40,034 nucleotides of DNA from a virus (lineage: Duplodnaviria > Caudoviricetes), in IMG/VR virus record IMGVR_UViG_3300044708_000034, positions 1 through 40,034 of that record; one strand, given 5' to 3'. A program made the position numbers and the translations under genes. Numbering within the stretch: position 1 is the stretch's first letter; each line of letters opens with the position of its first letter. Positions 27,180 to 36,270 of this stretch are shown here, in pieces. The notes beneath the pieces are model-generated. The model was not told the DNA's origin. It made no database searches and saw only the letters and a list, made by a program, of their open reading frames with translations.

Positions 27180-28778
27180 TTAAGCACCGCCCGAAATCCA
27201 CACTGAAGCAAGCGGTGCGCCTTTCGCTACATCTCCCAATCCAGTGATGTAGATACCTGCCATCGCTGATGTGGTTGTACCGGTACTGTCGGAAACATCA
27301 CAACATAACAGCGTGCCATCATCGGATGCAGCAAGCGTTCCAGTTGTATAGCTTGACGAATTAGTGCCTACATTCGTGAATGTGCCCGTAACAACGCTGT
27401 AAGTCTTCCATTGATAGCTTAGCGATCCTGTTATCGCTGATCCGGTAACTGTAAAGGTGCATGTACCACCTACAGCGGCATACTGATTGGTCGGCTGGGT
27501 GGTGATATAAGGCCCTAGTTGAACAAGGGTCGCAACCTTCACAGTTCCTGTATGCAGTTGGGATACCGAACTGCCTTCGATCACCAAGCCGCTGCAACCA
27601 TAGACCCAAGCTGCTCCTGAATACGCCATCACATCGGATGAGTAAGCAGCATTGAATACGTTCCACTTTGTCAGATCGAAATGCGCCATCTGACTTATCG
27701 GGCCTACGTCATTAACGCCAAGTGTCGTATAAATTGCCCAGATACGCCCGCTTGAATCAACACCGAATGTTCCAAGCCCACCACGATGCGCCGTGGGCAA
27801 TGGGCTGCCAGGCACAGCGTTTAAAACAGCAGACGAGTCTACATACCAGAAGCTAACACCTCCGGTTGGACTCATCCCCATCATGTATGCACCCTGGTTG
27901 GTGCTCCATACATCCATGATGTTAGGTATCGTCGTGCCGTCATCGTCCACGATGGTTGTGCCTACAGTCGTTGATGTAGGAGCTGTCCAACCGCTTGCGC
28001 CTTTAGCGCATTGTTTATACCAAGCAGCAGCCACGCCAGTGCCGGTATTGTTCAGCGTATCGCCTGCGAATTTATGAGCGCAGAACATCGTCAAATCTTG
28101 CGTTGATCCGCACTGCGCGAACGCAACAGTACTTAGATGGTTTGTCCGCAACGAGTTAGTAGCGTCCGTCAAATTCACAATCAAAGTATCGGAGCCGCTA
28201 CCATCAATTCCCGTAAAACTCGCTGAACTGCTTGGTGTTACATTTGATGATTCTGCGGCATAGTAAGTTAAGTCAGTCGTGCCGGTTGCCAAACCGATTG
28301 CATAAAAAATACGTTCAGCAGCACCGAAGCCAAACACATAGATAACGCCGTACGGTTCAGCGCCGGCGTTCGTATGATTGGTCAACGCAAAAGGCGTCTG
28401 CTGCCATGTATATCCAGTGATGTGGCCACCGCTGGTTGTGAATGTTGCGCGGCCATAACCGCGTGCATTCGTAATCCCGCTGCGGTCAAACATCAAGAAA
28501 TGAATGGCACCATTAGTTACATCTTGTGCAACACAGAGCACGCCGGTTAAGTTGCCGGTATACGGTGTCGTTGCGTCACTGGCCTTTAATGGAAACGTCG
28601 CGCCGTTATCTTGTGATGTATAGAGCTGGATCGATGCGCTGCCCGCGTTCCATCTGAATTGAAATTCATCTCCAGTGCCTGCATCTTTGCCACCTAAGCG
28701 CTGGCAAGCATTCCATTCAAGATCGTCAGCTTTCGGGCTGGACGCCAACGAAAAGAACGACGTGACTTGCAGGGGCAT
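27180..28778 (-). CDS. Beta-rich putative adhesion protein with C-terminal Ig-like domain
   Basis: PYITTQPTNQ..GGTCTFTVT..LSYQWK..SSYTT..DDGT..CDVSDS. Confidence 0.75.
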   Translation of the reverse strand: MPLQVTSFFSLASSPKADDLEWNACQRLGGKDAGTGDEFQFRWNAGSASIQLYTSQDNGATFPLKASDATTPYTGNLTGVLCVAQDVTNGAIHFLMFDRSGITNARGYGRATFTTSGGHITGYTWQQTPFALTNHTNAGAEPYGVIYVFGFGAAERIFYAIGLATGTTDLTYYAAESSNVTPSSSASFTGIDGSGSDTLIVNLTDATNSLRTNHLSTVAFAQCGSTQDLTMFCAHKFAGDTLNNTGTGVAAAWYKQCAKGASGWTAPTSTTVGTTIVDDDGTTIPNIMDVWSTNQGAYMMGMSPTGGVSFWYVDSSAVLNAVPGSPLPTAHRGGLGTFGVDSSGRIWAIYTTLGVNDVGPISQMAHFDLTKWNVFNAAYSSDVMAYSGAAWVYGCSGLVIEGSSVSQLHTGTVKVATLVQLGPYITTQPTNQYAAVGGTCTFTVTGSAITGSLSYQWKTYSVVTGTFTNVGTNSSSYTTGTLAASDDGTLLCCDVSDSTGTTTSAMAGIYITGLGDVAKGAPLASVWISGGA

Positions 28779-28781
28779 GGA

Positions 28782-29594
28782 TTACCCCTGTGTTTCTGTA
28801 TATGACCCAATCAGATTGCTGCTCGTCGTCGTATTAGGAACGATCACAATGAAAGGGACTGCGCCGTTATATAAGCGTGGGAATCCGCTTGTCAGCGCAT
28901 CAATCGCATTGGGTATCAGTGCGCCAGGCAGTTCAAGTGCTGCCAGCATACGATAGGCGACTGCATTGATAGTGCCCGTAGTCCATGCAGTGCCGAATGT
29001 GAACGTCTGCACTGATCGCACACCAGTGTCGCCAGCTTGCAATCCAACCGGGAAGAATGCGCCTGCAATTGTCGCTGTTGCAGTGGGCGCAATTGCGAAT
29101 GATGCTGATCGCGATCCTGTGCCTGCTTGATTGGTATACGCCATCGTGAGAGTCGCCGCCGTGGCGGAGGCCGCAGCACTAGTCTCAATACCGATGAGGA
29201 CGCCGTCACCATTGGTGCTACCTGTTTTATCGCGAGCAGGCCATGTCGGTGTGGTCGGGCTTTGCGCCGACGTGCTATTGACTGTGAGCTGATTGCACCA
29301 GAGACGGTCCAGCAACCAAACTTGGCATGCCTGTGTGGCAGCTAATGATAGCCGCGACAAATACGCATTACCGCTACCCGGATCGACATGCGGAATGGCA
29401 CCATTGGGAATCGTGCTGCTAGAAGATAGAATAGCACCATTCAATGTTGCATCGTATGAACCTGCACCAGGCAGGCCAGCGACTGGCCAATACGATTGCG
29501 GTCGTCCCGCCACCAATGTACCGCTGAGCGCCTTAGCAATTGCTATGGGCGACTGCATCCCAGCCAGGGCCGCATCAAGTGTGCTGATCGTCAT
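28782..29594 (-). CDS. Virion structural hypothetical protein
   Basis: LLDRLW, YTNQAGTGSR, LQAGDTGVRSV motifs. Confidence 0.75.
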   Translation of the reverse strand: MTISTLDAALAGMQSPIAIAKALSGTLVAGRPQSYWPVAGLPGAGSYDATLNGAILSSSSTIPNGAIPHVDPGSGNAYLSRLSLAATQACQVWLLDRLWCNQLTVNSTSAQSPTTPTWPARDKTGSTNGDGVLIGIETSAAASATAATLTMAYTNQAGTGSRSASFAIAPTATATIAGAFFPVGLQAGDTGVRSVQTFTFGTAWTTGTINAVAYRMLAALELPGALIPNAIDALTSGFPRLYNGAVPFIVIVPNTTTSSNLIGSYTETQG

Positions 29595-29599
29595 TGTGA

Positions 29600-30274
29600 T
29601 TAATTATCGATCTGGAACGTCAACGCAGCGGCTGCAAAGCTTGGTGCTGCATCGCCATTGTTAACAGTCTTCGATGTGGTCAGTGCACTCCAATAAATCA
29701 GATTGCCGCCGGAGGCTTGGTCATATACTGCGAAGTGCGTAACCGTTCCCCAGTTGGCAGTCGGTGCTGGGAAAGTCACTGTGCCATTGTTTGAGGTAGT
29801 GCCACCTGTACCGCTTGAAGCAGTGGTGCTTGCACTGGATTGAGTGCCAGCCCAGTTGGTCATGTTCATTGTGACGGCAACGCGTGCATATGAGCCACCG
29901 GATACTTCTGTGCCACCGCCGCTATCGCTCGGCGCTGCAGTAAGCAACCCAACGTAGCCAGTCAATAGCGCTGGCAATCCTGACACGGCTGTCCATGTCA
30001 CGCCGCTATCTGTCAGCGTTGAACCTGGATTCGGTACAGCCAATGTGTTTGTTGATCCAGATGTGCCAGCAGTGGTGCAACGTAAGAACTTTCCGCCTGC
30101 GCCGGTCATATTGGCATGCGGTACGACGACGTCACCAACAGAATAGGCAGTCGTAGCAGTCCAAACGCCTTTTACAACAGAGGTGCTATTTACTGCGCCA
30201 CCGGTACCCAATGCACCACCGCGCATATACCCGTCAATTAGTAGGTTCTCTGCAAAATCAGATAAAGCGGTCAT
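29600..30274 (-). CDS. Fibre/decoration protein with inserted carbohydrate-binding-like motif
   Basis: ALSDFAEN..TEVSGGSYARVAV..FPAPTANWGTVTHFAVYD; insert WTATTAYSVGDVV..RCTTAGTSG; GGAG SD. Confidence 0.8.
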   Translation of the reverse strand: MTALSDFAENLLIDGYMRGGALGTGGAVNSTSVVKGVWTATTAYSVGDVVVPHANMTGAGGKFLRCTTAGTSGSTNTLAVPNPGSTLTDSGVTWTAVSGLPALLTGYVGLLTAAPSDSGGGTEVSGGSYARVAVTMNMTNWAGTQSSASTTASSGTGGTTSNNGTVTFPAPTANWGTVTHFAVYDQASGGNLIYWSALTTSKTVNNGDAAPSFAAAALTFQIDN

Positions 30275-30289
30275 AGTGATTACTCCAAT

Positions 30290-30313
30290 AAAAAAAGCCC
30301 GTACGCAACGGGC
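30290..30313 (-). terminator. Intrinsic terminator after the gpF-like gene
   Basis: GCCCGT-5-ACGGGC then T7. Confidence 0.75.
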
Positions 30314-30325
30314 ATAAATCTTTAA

Positions 30326-31042
30326 CTATTCGTCGTCAGCTAGTACTGGCAATACATCGCACTCGCAGCGCGGGTGCAGTGGTGGACCATCGCCACCGTC
30401 ATTCGGGAATTCGTCATCAAGTGAAACAATGACATCGTTCAGCGCCTGGCATTCATCGCAACAGCCTGGGCTTGCGACCCATTGCTTGCCATCGACAACG
30501 CCGCTTTCTTTGTATGCGATGAGATTGCCCTGCACATCTGCAAAGGCTGTTTCAGTTCGTGCGATCAGCTCAGCGCGTGAATCACTGAACGCGTAGTTGT
30601 CTGCGAGCAAGTCGGCAAGTGCGTCGTTCGACAATCCGTCCTGCATCGCCGTTTCGACATCCGCTCGCAGCATTTCGCGCGTTGAGTCATCGATAACATA
30701 GTCAGCGTCAGGATTCTCGACGAGCTCACCATCAACGACTTTCATGCCAACCAAGTCGGCAGCATGTTCATCGGCATAAGCAACCGCTTTGTCATTCAAT
30801 AACGACGTGATGTCGTCATCGTTCGTGATCCCAACCTGCGCAAGAGCCTCTGCGCCACCGTCGCGTGTGGCGACTTCGAGCAGATCAGCCATATCGCCAA
30901 CCAGTACCGCAGCATCGCCATCATCAAGCGCATCTTGTATCGCCTTCATTGCCTTTTTGGCTTTGTCAGTGGGTTCACTCTTGCCAAGTGTTCGCAAGGC
31001 CTGTTGTACGCGTACAAGGTCGTCACCCAGCTTGCCGCGCAT
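30326..31042 (-). CDS. Minor head protein (Mu gpF / SPP1 gp7 family); possibly made as a portal fusion
   Basis: RAELIARTETA..KQW..CCDECQALN..PPLHPRCEC; frame open upstream to the A9 run. Confidence 0.88.
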   Translation of the reverse strand: MRGKLGDDLVRVQQALRTLGKSEPTDKAKKAMKAIQDALDDGDAAVLVGDMADLLEVATRDGGAEALAQVGITNDDDITSLLNDKAVAYADEHAADLVGMKVVDGELVENPDADYVIDDSTREMLRADVETAMQDGLSNDALADLLADNYAFSDSRAELIARTETAFADVQGNLIAYKESGVVDGKQWVASPGCCDECQALNDVIVSLDDEFPNDGGDGPPLHPRCECDVLPVLADDE

Positions 31043-31071
31043 CAGCTTGGCAAACTTGTTGCGGGTGTGAA

Positions 31072-32508
31072 CTATGACTGCGCGGTCTCGATTAATCGGC
31101 GCGGGCGTGTGTACAGTTTTTTTTTAGCAACCTTGTCGGCGTCCTGCGGCGGCGCTTTCTTTGCAGAAGGCGCGCCGGGCTTGCCGGGTGCTGCAGGGTT
31201 CTCTCCATCCTCACCCACGACGGGCACAGGATTCATTTCTTCTTTTTGCTCGGGTGTTAATGGATCAAGTCCAAGATCGCCGCGAACTTCATCGGGGTGC
31301 TTGACCTTTGCCGTCACGTAAATCTGATCGACCTTGGCTTGATCAAGCGCGTTGAGTTCGGCTTCCTCGCCCCAGGTGAATTGCAAATCTGGACGCTTCC
31401 ACCATTTCGCCAGTATCAAATCCATGACGCCTTTGACCCACTTCATCTGTGGCAGCAATCCTTCTTGGATTGCTTGCGACTGAGCATTGTCCGCCGTAGC
31501 ACGGTTCTGCTGCTTGATGAATGGCGTTGGGTTAACGCTGAATGCAAAGCACACAATGCGTGCGATCCATTCGTCGTATTCGTCCTTGAGCGTGCCTTCC
31601 TTGGTGAATATCGGGTTTGTTCCATTGGGTACAAACTTGGCATGTCGGCGTGCGGCGGTATCGCCTTCCAACAAGCTATCCCAGTAATTTTGAAACTGTG
31701 CGATCTGGTCAGGGTTCCAAGACTCAGGCACTGAGATCAGCGCTTCGGGGATGTTGCCTTCCGTATAGAACTGCAACTGATGCACCTGTCGACGCAACGC
31801 AATGTTGATCGTCATGATGATCTGCTCTACCGGCGAATATCCATACAGCTTGTGCGTGCGTGGATTGCGCGGCATGTAGATCAGCTCGTCTCGCGAATAA
31901 TCGACTGCAGGCAACCCTTTCAAAATCTGCTGATAAGCTGGATCAGGTGGCAATGGTGTACGACCGGTGTAGTCGACAACGCGCTTGATCGTGGCGCCAT
32001 CGACAAGTTCGAAGGCATACACATCGCCACCACGAGTCATGCGTGGGTAGATCGTTGGCGCATCGATGACAAACAAGTCTTCTGCCAGCATTCGCAGCCA
32101 CGCGTCCCACGTGTGCTCTTGATCTGGATAGGCGAAGAAGTCTTGAATCTTCTTTACGTCATCGCCAGCTTCGGCATCTTCGTCCTTCGGTTTGATCGAC
32201 CAGTCCATCGCTGCGATCTGGTCTTTGCGAGTCTCAATGATCAGACGCAACAAATCGTAGCTATCAGCAAGCGCTCGCATGTCAGAGAACTTAATCGGTT
32301 CATCTGAACGCGGCCGCGTATCGAGATTGATGCCAGTGCGATAGTCGTACTGGCGACCAACAGCCTGTGGTGCTTGCGGTACCAGTGGTTGATTCGGCCC
32401 GAACCAATCTTGTGGCATCTTACCGGTCAAGCCGTAGCGAACACCCTGCACAAGCCGGGCAATCATTCCCTGCTCAATTGGTGTTTTGATTCCGCTGACG
32501 TTCGGCAT
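31072..32508 (-). CDS. Portal protein
   Basis: After terL; LRLIIETRKDQI, VDGATI, YGYSPVEQI, NRATA. Confidence 0.9.
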   Translation of the reverse strand: MPNVSGIKTPIEQGMIARLVQGVRYGLTGKMPQDWFGPNQPLVPQAPQAVGRQYDYRTGINLDTRPRSDEPIKFSDMRALADSYDLLRLIIETRKDQIAAMDWSIKPKDEDAEAGDDVKKIQDFFAYPDQEHTWDAWLRMLAEDLFVIDAPTIYPRMTRGGDVYAFELVDGATIKRVVDYTGRTPLPPDPAYQQILKGLPAVDYSRDELIYMPRNPRTHKLYGYSPVEQIIMTINIALRRQVHQLQFYTEGNIPEALISVPESWNPDQIAQFQNYWDSLLEGDTAARRHAKFVPNGTNPIFTKEGTLKDEYDEWIARIVCFAFSVNPTPFIKQQNRATADNAQSQAIQEGLLPQMKWVKGVMDLILAKWWKRPDLQFTWGEEAELNALDQAKVDQIYVTAKVKHPDEVRGDLGLDPLTPEQKEEMNPVPVVGEDGENPAAPGKPGAPSAKKAPPQDADKVAKKKLYTRPRRLIETAQS

Positions 32509-33913
32509 GTTGTTCCGCTAATTTCTGGTAGTAGTCTAAAAGACCGAAAGTACTTTCGTTGTGCAGTGAGAACGCATCCGACAAGCCATCAACCTGGTCG
32601 TCGTTCTTTCCGTTCGGGAACATTCTCAGTTCACCGATCAGTTTGTCATTCCATTCGGCCTTCAACATCATCACGTTGCCGACATTCACTTGTGCAGCGA
32701 ATGGTTCTGCTCGCGTGATCTTGTCACCGCTGACAGGCGCGCTTGTGACGCTGAACCCTGCGAGCTGTTTTGTGAGGTATGCAACCTGAGACTTGCCGGC
32801 CTGTCCTGGGTCTTGCGGCAGTTTGATTCTGCAATTCGCGCCATCACGCTTTGCAGCATTGACGATTGCAGCTTCAACTTCATCGGGACTGCCTTGCAGT
32901 CGCACCATGTCGGCGATGATGTATCGACCAGAAGGCGTGACACCAAGTTGCGGTCCGGCTGTCCAGTCACCGTCATCACGTGTGCCCGCCAAGTCCCAAC
33001 CGCGAACCATGCGCGTGCCTGCAGGTATCGCTTCAACAATCTCGATCTTGTCGGGCTTGAAGATGTTGCCTTCGGGCGGCGCCGGTGATTGTTGGTATTG
33101 GCTTGCGAAGTTATACGGCGAAGCCTCTTGCATACTTCGCAGCAATGCTGCGTCATGCTTTTCGGGCCATAACGCTGTGCCGTCATCCTGCAATGTCTTG
33201 ATGCAGAGATGTTCCCACTTTTCGCCATTACCACCATCAAGTAGCCAACCAGCCAGGTCAGCTTCATGCAGTCGTTGCATGATTAAAATAATCGGGGTGT
33301 TCTTTGAATTCTTTCGGCTTTCCAGTGTGTTCTGGAACCAGTCGATAACGCCGGCGCGAATGGTATCGCTGCGAGCCTCGTCGGCTTTGTGTGGATCATC
33401 AATGATGATCGCGCCACCGAATCCGGGTCGCTCCTTACCAGCACCATAACCGGTGATCGTTCCGCCTGTGCCTGCTGCGTACACAATGCCGCCGGCAGTG
33501 GTTTTCCATTCATCCTTTGCAGCGCTGTCATCCCGCAACCTGGTTGCAGGGAAAATCTCTTGATATGCTGGATGCGTTACCAGCTCGCGTGCGTTCCACG
33601 AATTGTTCCCGGCGAGTCGTCCACTGTAGCTTGCATGGATGAACTCAGCATCGGGAACAAGCCCGAGCGTCCACGCGATGAAGTTGACAACAGCGAGCTC
33701 TGTCTTTGAGTATCGCGGCGCGACGTTGATGATCAGCCGGGTGCATTCACCCGTAAACACTCGATGCAATGCGGCGCAAATCTTCTCGTGATGTGCACCG
33801 CGCAGCCATTTGTATTGCTTGCGCTGTAAGAACATCCATCGTGAGAAAAAATAAAAGTCAGCCTTAGACGCCTGAATTGCAGCCTGCCGCTTTTGTTGCG
33901 GAGTCAGCGACAC
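32474..33913 (-). CDS. terL: Terminase large subunit
   Basis: APRYSKTE Walker A, IIIDDPHK Walker B, GWDLA, NDDQVDGLS. Confidence 0.95.
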   Translation of the reverse strand: MSLTPQQKRQAAIQASKADFYFFSRWMFLQRKQYKWLRGAHHEKICAALHRVFTGECTRLIINVAPRYSKTELAVVNFIAWTLGLVPDAEFIHASYSGRLAGNNSWNARELVTHPAYQEIFPATRLRDDSAAKDEWKTTAGGIVYAAGTGGTITGYGAGKERPGFGGAIIIDDPHKADEARSDTIRAGVIDWFQNTLESRKNSKNTPIILIMQRLHEADLAGWLLDGGNGEKWEHLCIKTLQDDGTALWPEKHDAALLRSMQEASPYNFASQYQQSPAPPEGNIFKPDKIEIVEAIPAGTRMVRGWDLAGTRDDGDWTAGPQLGVTPSGRYIIADMVRLQGSPDEVEAAIVNAAKRDGANCRIKLPQDPGQAGKSQVAYLTKQLAGFSVTSAPVSGDKITRAEPFAAQVNVGNVMMLKAEWNDKLIGELRMFPNGKNDDQVDGLSDAFSLHNESTFGLLDYYQKLAEQHAERQRNQNTN

Positions 33914-33914
33914 A

Positions 33915-34382
33915 TTAAACCTCGTCTTTCAGCTCGCGCATTGCCTCTTTGAACTGATCCAAATCAATTGGCTGTGGTGGCACCAACGGCGCCCCATCCT
34001 TGCCAGTATGTTCAAATCGTTGCTTCCACATGCCAAGATGTCGACCAAGTAAGTCAGCACCCCTGAGCACGCCAACGTGCTCGAACTTGTATTCACCGGT
34101 CGGTATGCCTTGTGGAGTAAGTACTGGCTCAGCCTGTTTGCAGCGTTCCATTGTTTCGACGATGGATGCCAGCACGTAGTCCTGGGTTATTTCAGTCCGC
34201 TCTGCCCGCTTTTTCATGCGGTCGGTTAGGGACTTTTGAATTTCAACATTTTTCAACAGGCGTTCGCCCTGTTGGCCAGCTGTCTTTTCACTGTAGCCCG
34301 CGCGAATAGCGGCCTGCGTTGCGTTTAGGTCAATGAGGTACTCATCGACGAATCGGCCTTGCTTGTCATTAAGGGATGGCAT
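33915..34382 (-). CDS. terS: Terminase small subunit
   Basis: LNDKQGRFVDEYLIDLNATQAAIRAGYS. Confidence 0.95.
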   Translation of the reverse strand: MPSLNDKQGRFVDEYLIDLNATQAAIRAGYSEKTAGQQGERLLKNVEIQKSLTDRMKKRAERTEITQDYVLASIVETMERCKQAEPVLTPQGIPTGEYKFEHVGVLRGADLLGRHLGMWKQRFEHTGKDGAPLVPPQPIDLDQFKEAMRELKDEV

Positions 34383-34386
34383 AAAT

Positions 34387-34419
34387 AAAAAAGCCCGCGA
34401 CGGGGTTAGCCGTGCGGGC
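34387..34419 (-). terminator. Late-leader terminator 2
   Basis: GCCCGCACGG..CCGTCGCGGGC then T6. Confidence 0.7.
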
Positions 34420-34462
34420 GAATTCAGTTCCGGGGGATTCTAGAACTGATCAGGGGCACATG

Positions 34463-34496
34463 AAAAAGCCCCGAGGCGCTTGGCGCTTCAGGGCTT
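34463..34496 (-). terminator. Late-leader terminator 1 (tR'-like)
   Basis: AAGCCCTGAAGCGC-CAA-GCGCCTCGGGGCTT then TTT. Confidence 0.7.
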
Positions 34497-34523
34497 CGGT
34501 GACAGTTAGTCACAATGGATCGC

Positions 34524-34552
34524 TTTATATTCTTTCTGTGCGCACAAATCAA
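34524..34552 (-). promoter_or_regulatory. Late promoter (pR'-like)
   Basis: TTGATT-17-TATAAA just downstream of the Q-like gene; palindrome TGTGCGCACA in the spacer. Confidence 0.7.
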
Positions 34553-34606
34553 GCGAATGGTAGACAACCATGGACGCACCGCTACTTCCATGGACGCATG
34601 TGGACT

Positions 34607-34972
34607 TCAAGCAATCGCACCGGCTACATAGCACTGGGCATTCTTCAACCGGTCATAAAACGTTCGGACTGAAATGTTCATCTTAACGGCGATGGTCTTT
34701 GGATGATTCCCACGAAGGTAAAAGCAATCGATCAGGGTACGTGCAAGCGGGTTCAGCTTAAGCACCGCCCTCTCGACTGGCTTCAAGTGTTCGGGCAAGT
34801 CCGGCTCTCTCCGATTGGTGCGCCCACCACCATGCGATGCCAGCCATAAGATATTCGCTGACGGATACGCGTTGAATCTCATGCGCTCATGCTTGCCCCA
34901 TTCCAAGAGCGCACAATGTCCAGACTCCGCAATCGAGTCGCGTTCCGCATCTTTCGTTTTCGCTCTTGCCAT
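34607..34972 (-). CDS. Late-gene regulator, antiterminator Q-like
   Basis: LLEWG near the N-terminus; C-terminal HTH IAVKMNISVRTFYDRLKNA; position before terS. Confidence 0.8.
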   Translation of the reverse strand: MARAKTKDAERDSIAESGHCALLEWGKHERMRFNAYPSANILWLASHGGGRTNRREPDLPEHLKPVERAVLKLNPLARTLIDCFYLRGNHPKTIAVKMNISVRTFYDRLKNAQCYVAGAIA

Positions 34973-34985
34973 TTCGCCCCATCAA

Positions 34986-35294
34986 TCAGATAAACAATTC
35001 AGCCGCGATACGTCTGCTCTGCTCTTGCAAACGCTCTGCAAGGTCTTTGGTGCTCATCGGTTGCACAGTGAAGCGAAAGCGAATCAGCACCTTGCCTTCT
35101 GGCCGGTTCATCGCCAAAAACCTCGCCACTGCAATCGCAGTCTTTCGATCAGACTCAATCACGGTAACGCCGTCCTTATGGCGCCACCGATCTGGGCGTT
35201 GCGCATTGATTGGATGCGAATACACGTTGCCGTCATGCGTTGCGCGGGCTAGATACATCATCAAATCCTGCTGCCGCCCATTTGATACCCGCAC
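34986..35294 (-). CDS. Hypothetical protein
   Basis: Co-oriented ORF in the nin-like region. Confidence 0.6.
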   Translation of the reverse strand: MRVSNGRQQDLMMYLARATHDGNVYSHPINAQRPDRWRHKDGVTVIESDRKTAIAVARFLAMNRPEGKVLIRFRFTVQPMSTKDLAERLQEQSRRIAAELFI

Positions 35295-35506
35295 TTCGCG
35301 CCGCGAATCGTCATGCGAATGCTTCGACTGTACAAAAGCATCTCCAATGACTTCGGCTTCAATGCATCCAGTTCGGCCTGTAGTCTCGCTGCTTTCTGGG
35401 CTTCGCGATCTCGCTTAAACTTTCGGCATGCCGCCTGAGCGGCTGTTCTGGCTCGCGACCATTCGATGAAGCCGTCACGGTGTTGAAAGTCTGGTGTTCT
35501 TACCAT
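35261..35506 (-). CDS. Hypothetical protein
   Basis: Co-oriented ORF. Confidence 0.55.
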   Translation of the reverse strand: MVRTPDFQHRDGFIEWSRARTAAQAACRKFKRDREAQKAARLQAELDALKPKSLEMLLYSRSIRMTIRGAKCGYQMGGSRI

Positions 35507-35512
35507 GGCTGC

Positions 35513-35701
35513 TCACCAATACTTGATGACGAGTGAGAGATTCCATGCCCACAACGCAACGGTGATGCCAAGTGTCATCTCGTCGCTTTTCTCAAAACCA
35601 CGCGGGTACTGCCAATACTCCTTAACGCCTTCCCATGCCATCCATGACCAAAAGATCAAACTCGCTATCAAGAACACCAGCACTTCGATTGGGCATTTCA
35701 T
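35513..35701 (-). CDS. Small membrane protein
   Basis: GAGGTG SD; two hydrophobic segments. Confidence 0.6.
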   Translation of the reverse strand: MKCPIEVLVFLIASLIFWSWMAWEGVKEYWQYPRGFEKSDEMTLGITVALWAWNLSLVIKYW

Positions 35702-35709
35702 ACATCACC

Positions 35710-35955
35710 TCAATATTTTGGGGCGGGAATGTCGCAACCAGGAGCGTTGCTGTTATCAAGTTCAATGACGTCAGTGCCTACTTGCTCTAGTCGCTGCTCA
35801 TCAAACCAATGGGCGTCACGCAACTTTCCGTCATCGCCGACTGCAGGACTCAGTAACACCTGATTGCATCCCGTGAGGTATTCAACGCGCCCGGTGGCGA
35901 TACCGACAAAGGTGGTTATTCGATCCTTATATTTCATGCCCAATTGAGTTCTCAT
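35710..35955 (-). CDS. Conserved small phage protein
   Basis: LG..YKDRITTFVGIATGRVEYLTGC..WFDEQRL. Confidence 0.8.
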   Translation of the reverse strand: MRTQLGMKYKDRITTFVGIATGRVEYLTGCNQVLLSPAVGDDGKLRDAHWFDEQRLEQVGTDVIELDNSNAPGCDIPAPKY

Positions 35956-35985
35956 AAATGCCCTTGCTATTAAAAATGTTGATTG

Positions 35986-36270
35986 TTAAGCCGTGCGCCT
36001 TGCACCTGAATCGCGATCCACGTCGTCTTTGCTACGCCACATCAGCACGCGCCCATTTCGCTTCTTTGCATCGGCGTGAAACATGTGTTGTTTTGGTGTG
36101 AGATCGCCCGTTGCTGATTTGATTTCAATTGGTGACCAGGCACCGCGCCAAAGGCCGAGCCAGTCACATGGCTCATCCAACTTGTGAAGAAACCACCCGA
36201 TTGCGCGCGCGTATTCAACCAGCTCTGGTTCATTGTCATCGCGCTTGGCTGCATATCGCGGCATGCTCAT
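35986..36270 (-). CDS. VRR-NUC-like PD-(D/E)xK nuclease
   Basis: AAKRDDNE..CDWL..IEIKS..LTPKQ..FH. Confidence 0.75.
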   Translation of the reverse strand: MSMPRYAAKRDDNEPELVEYARAIGWFLHKLDEPCDWLGLWRGAWSPIEIKSATGDLTPKQHMFHADAKKRNGRVLMWRSKDDVDRDSGARRTA

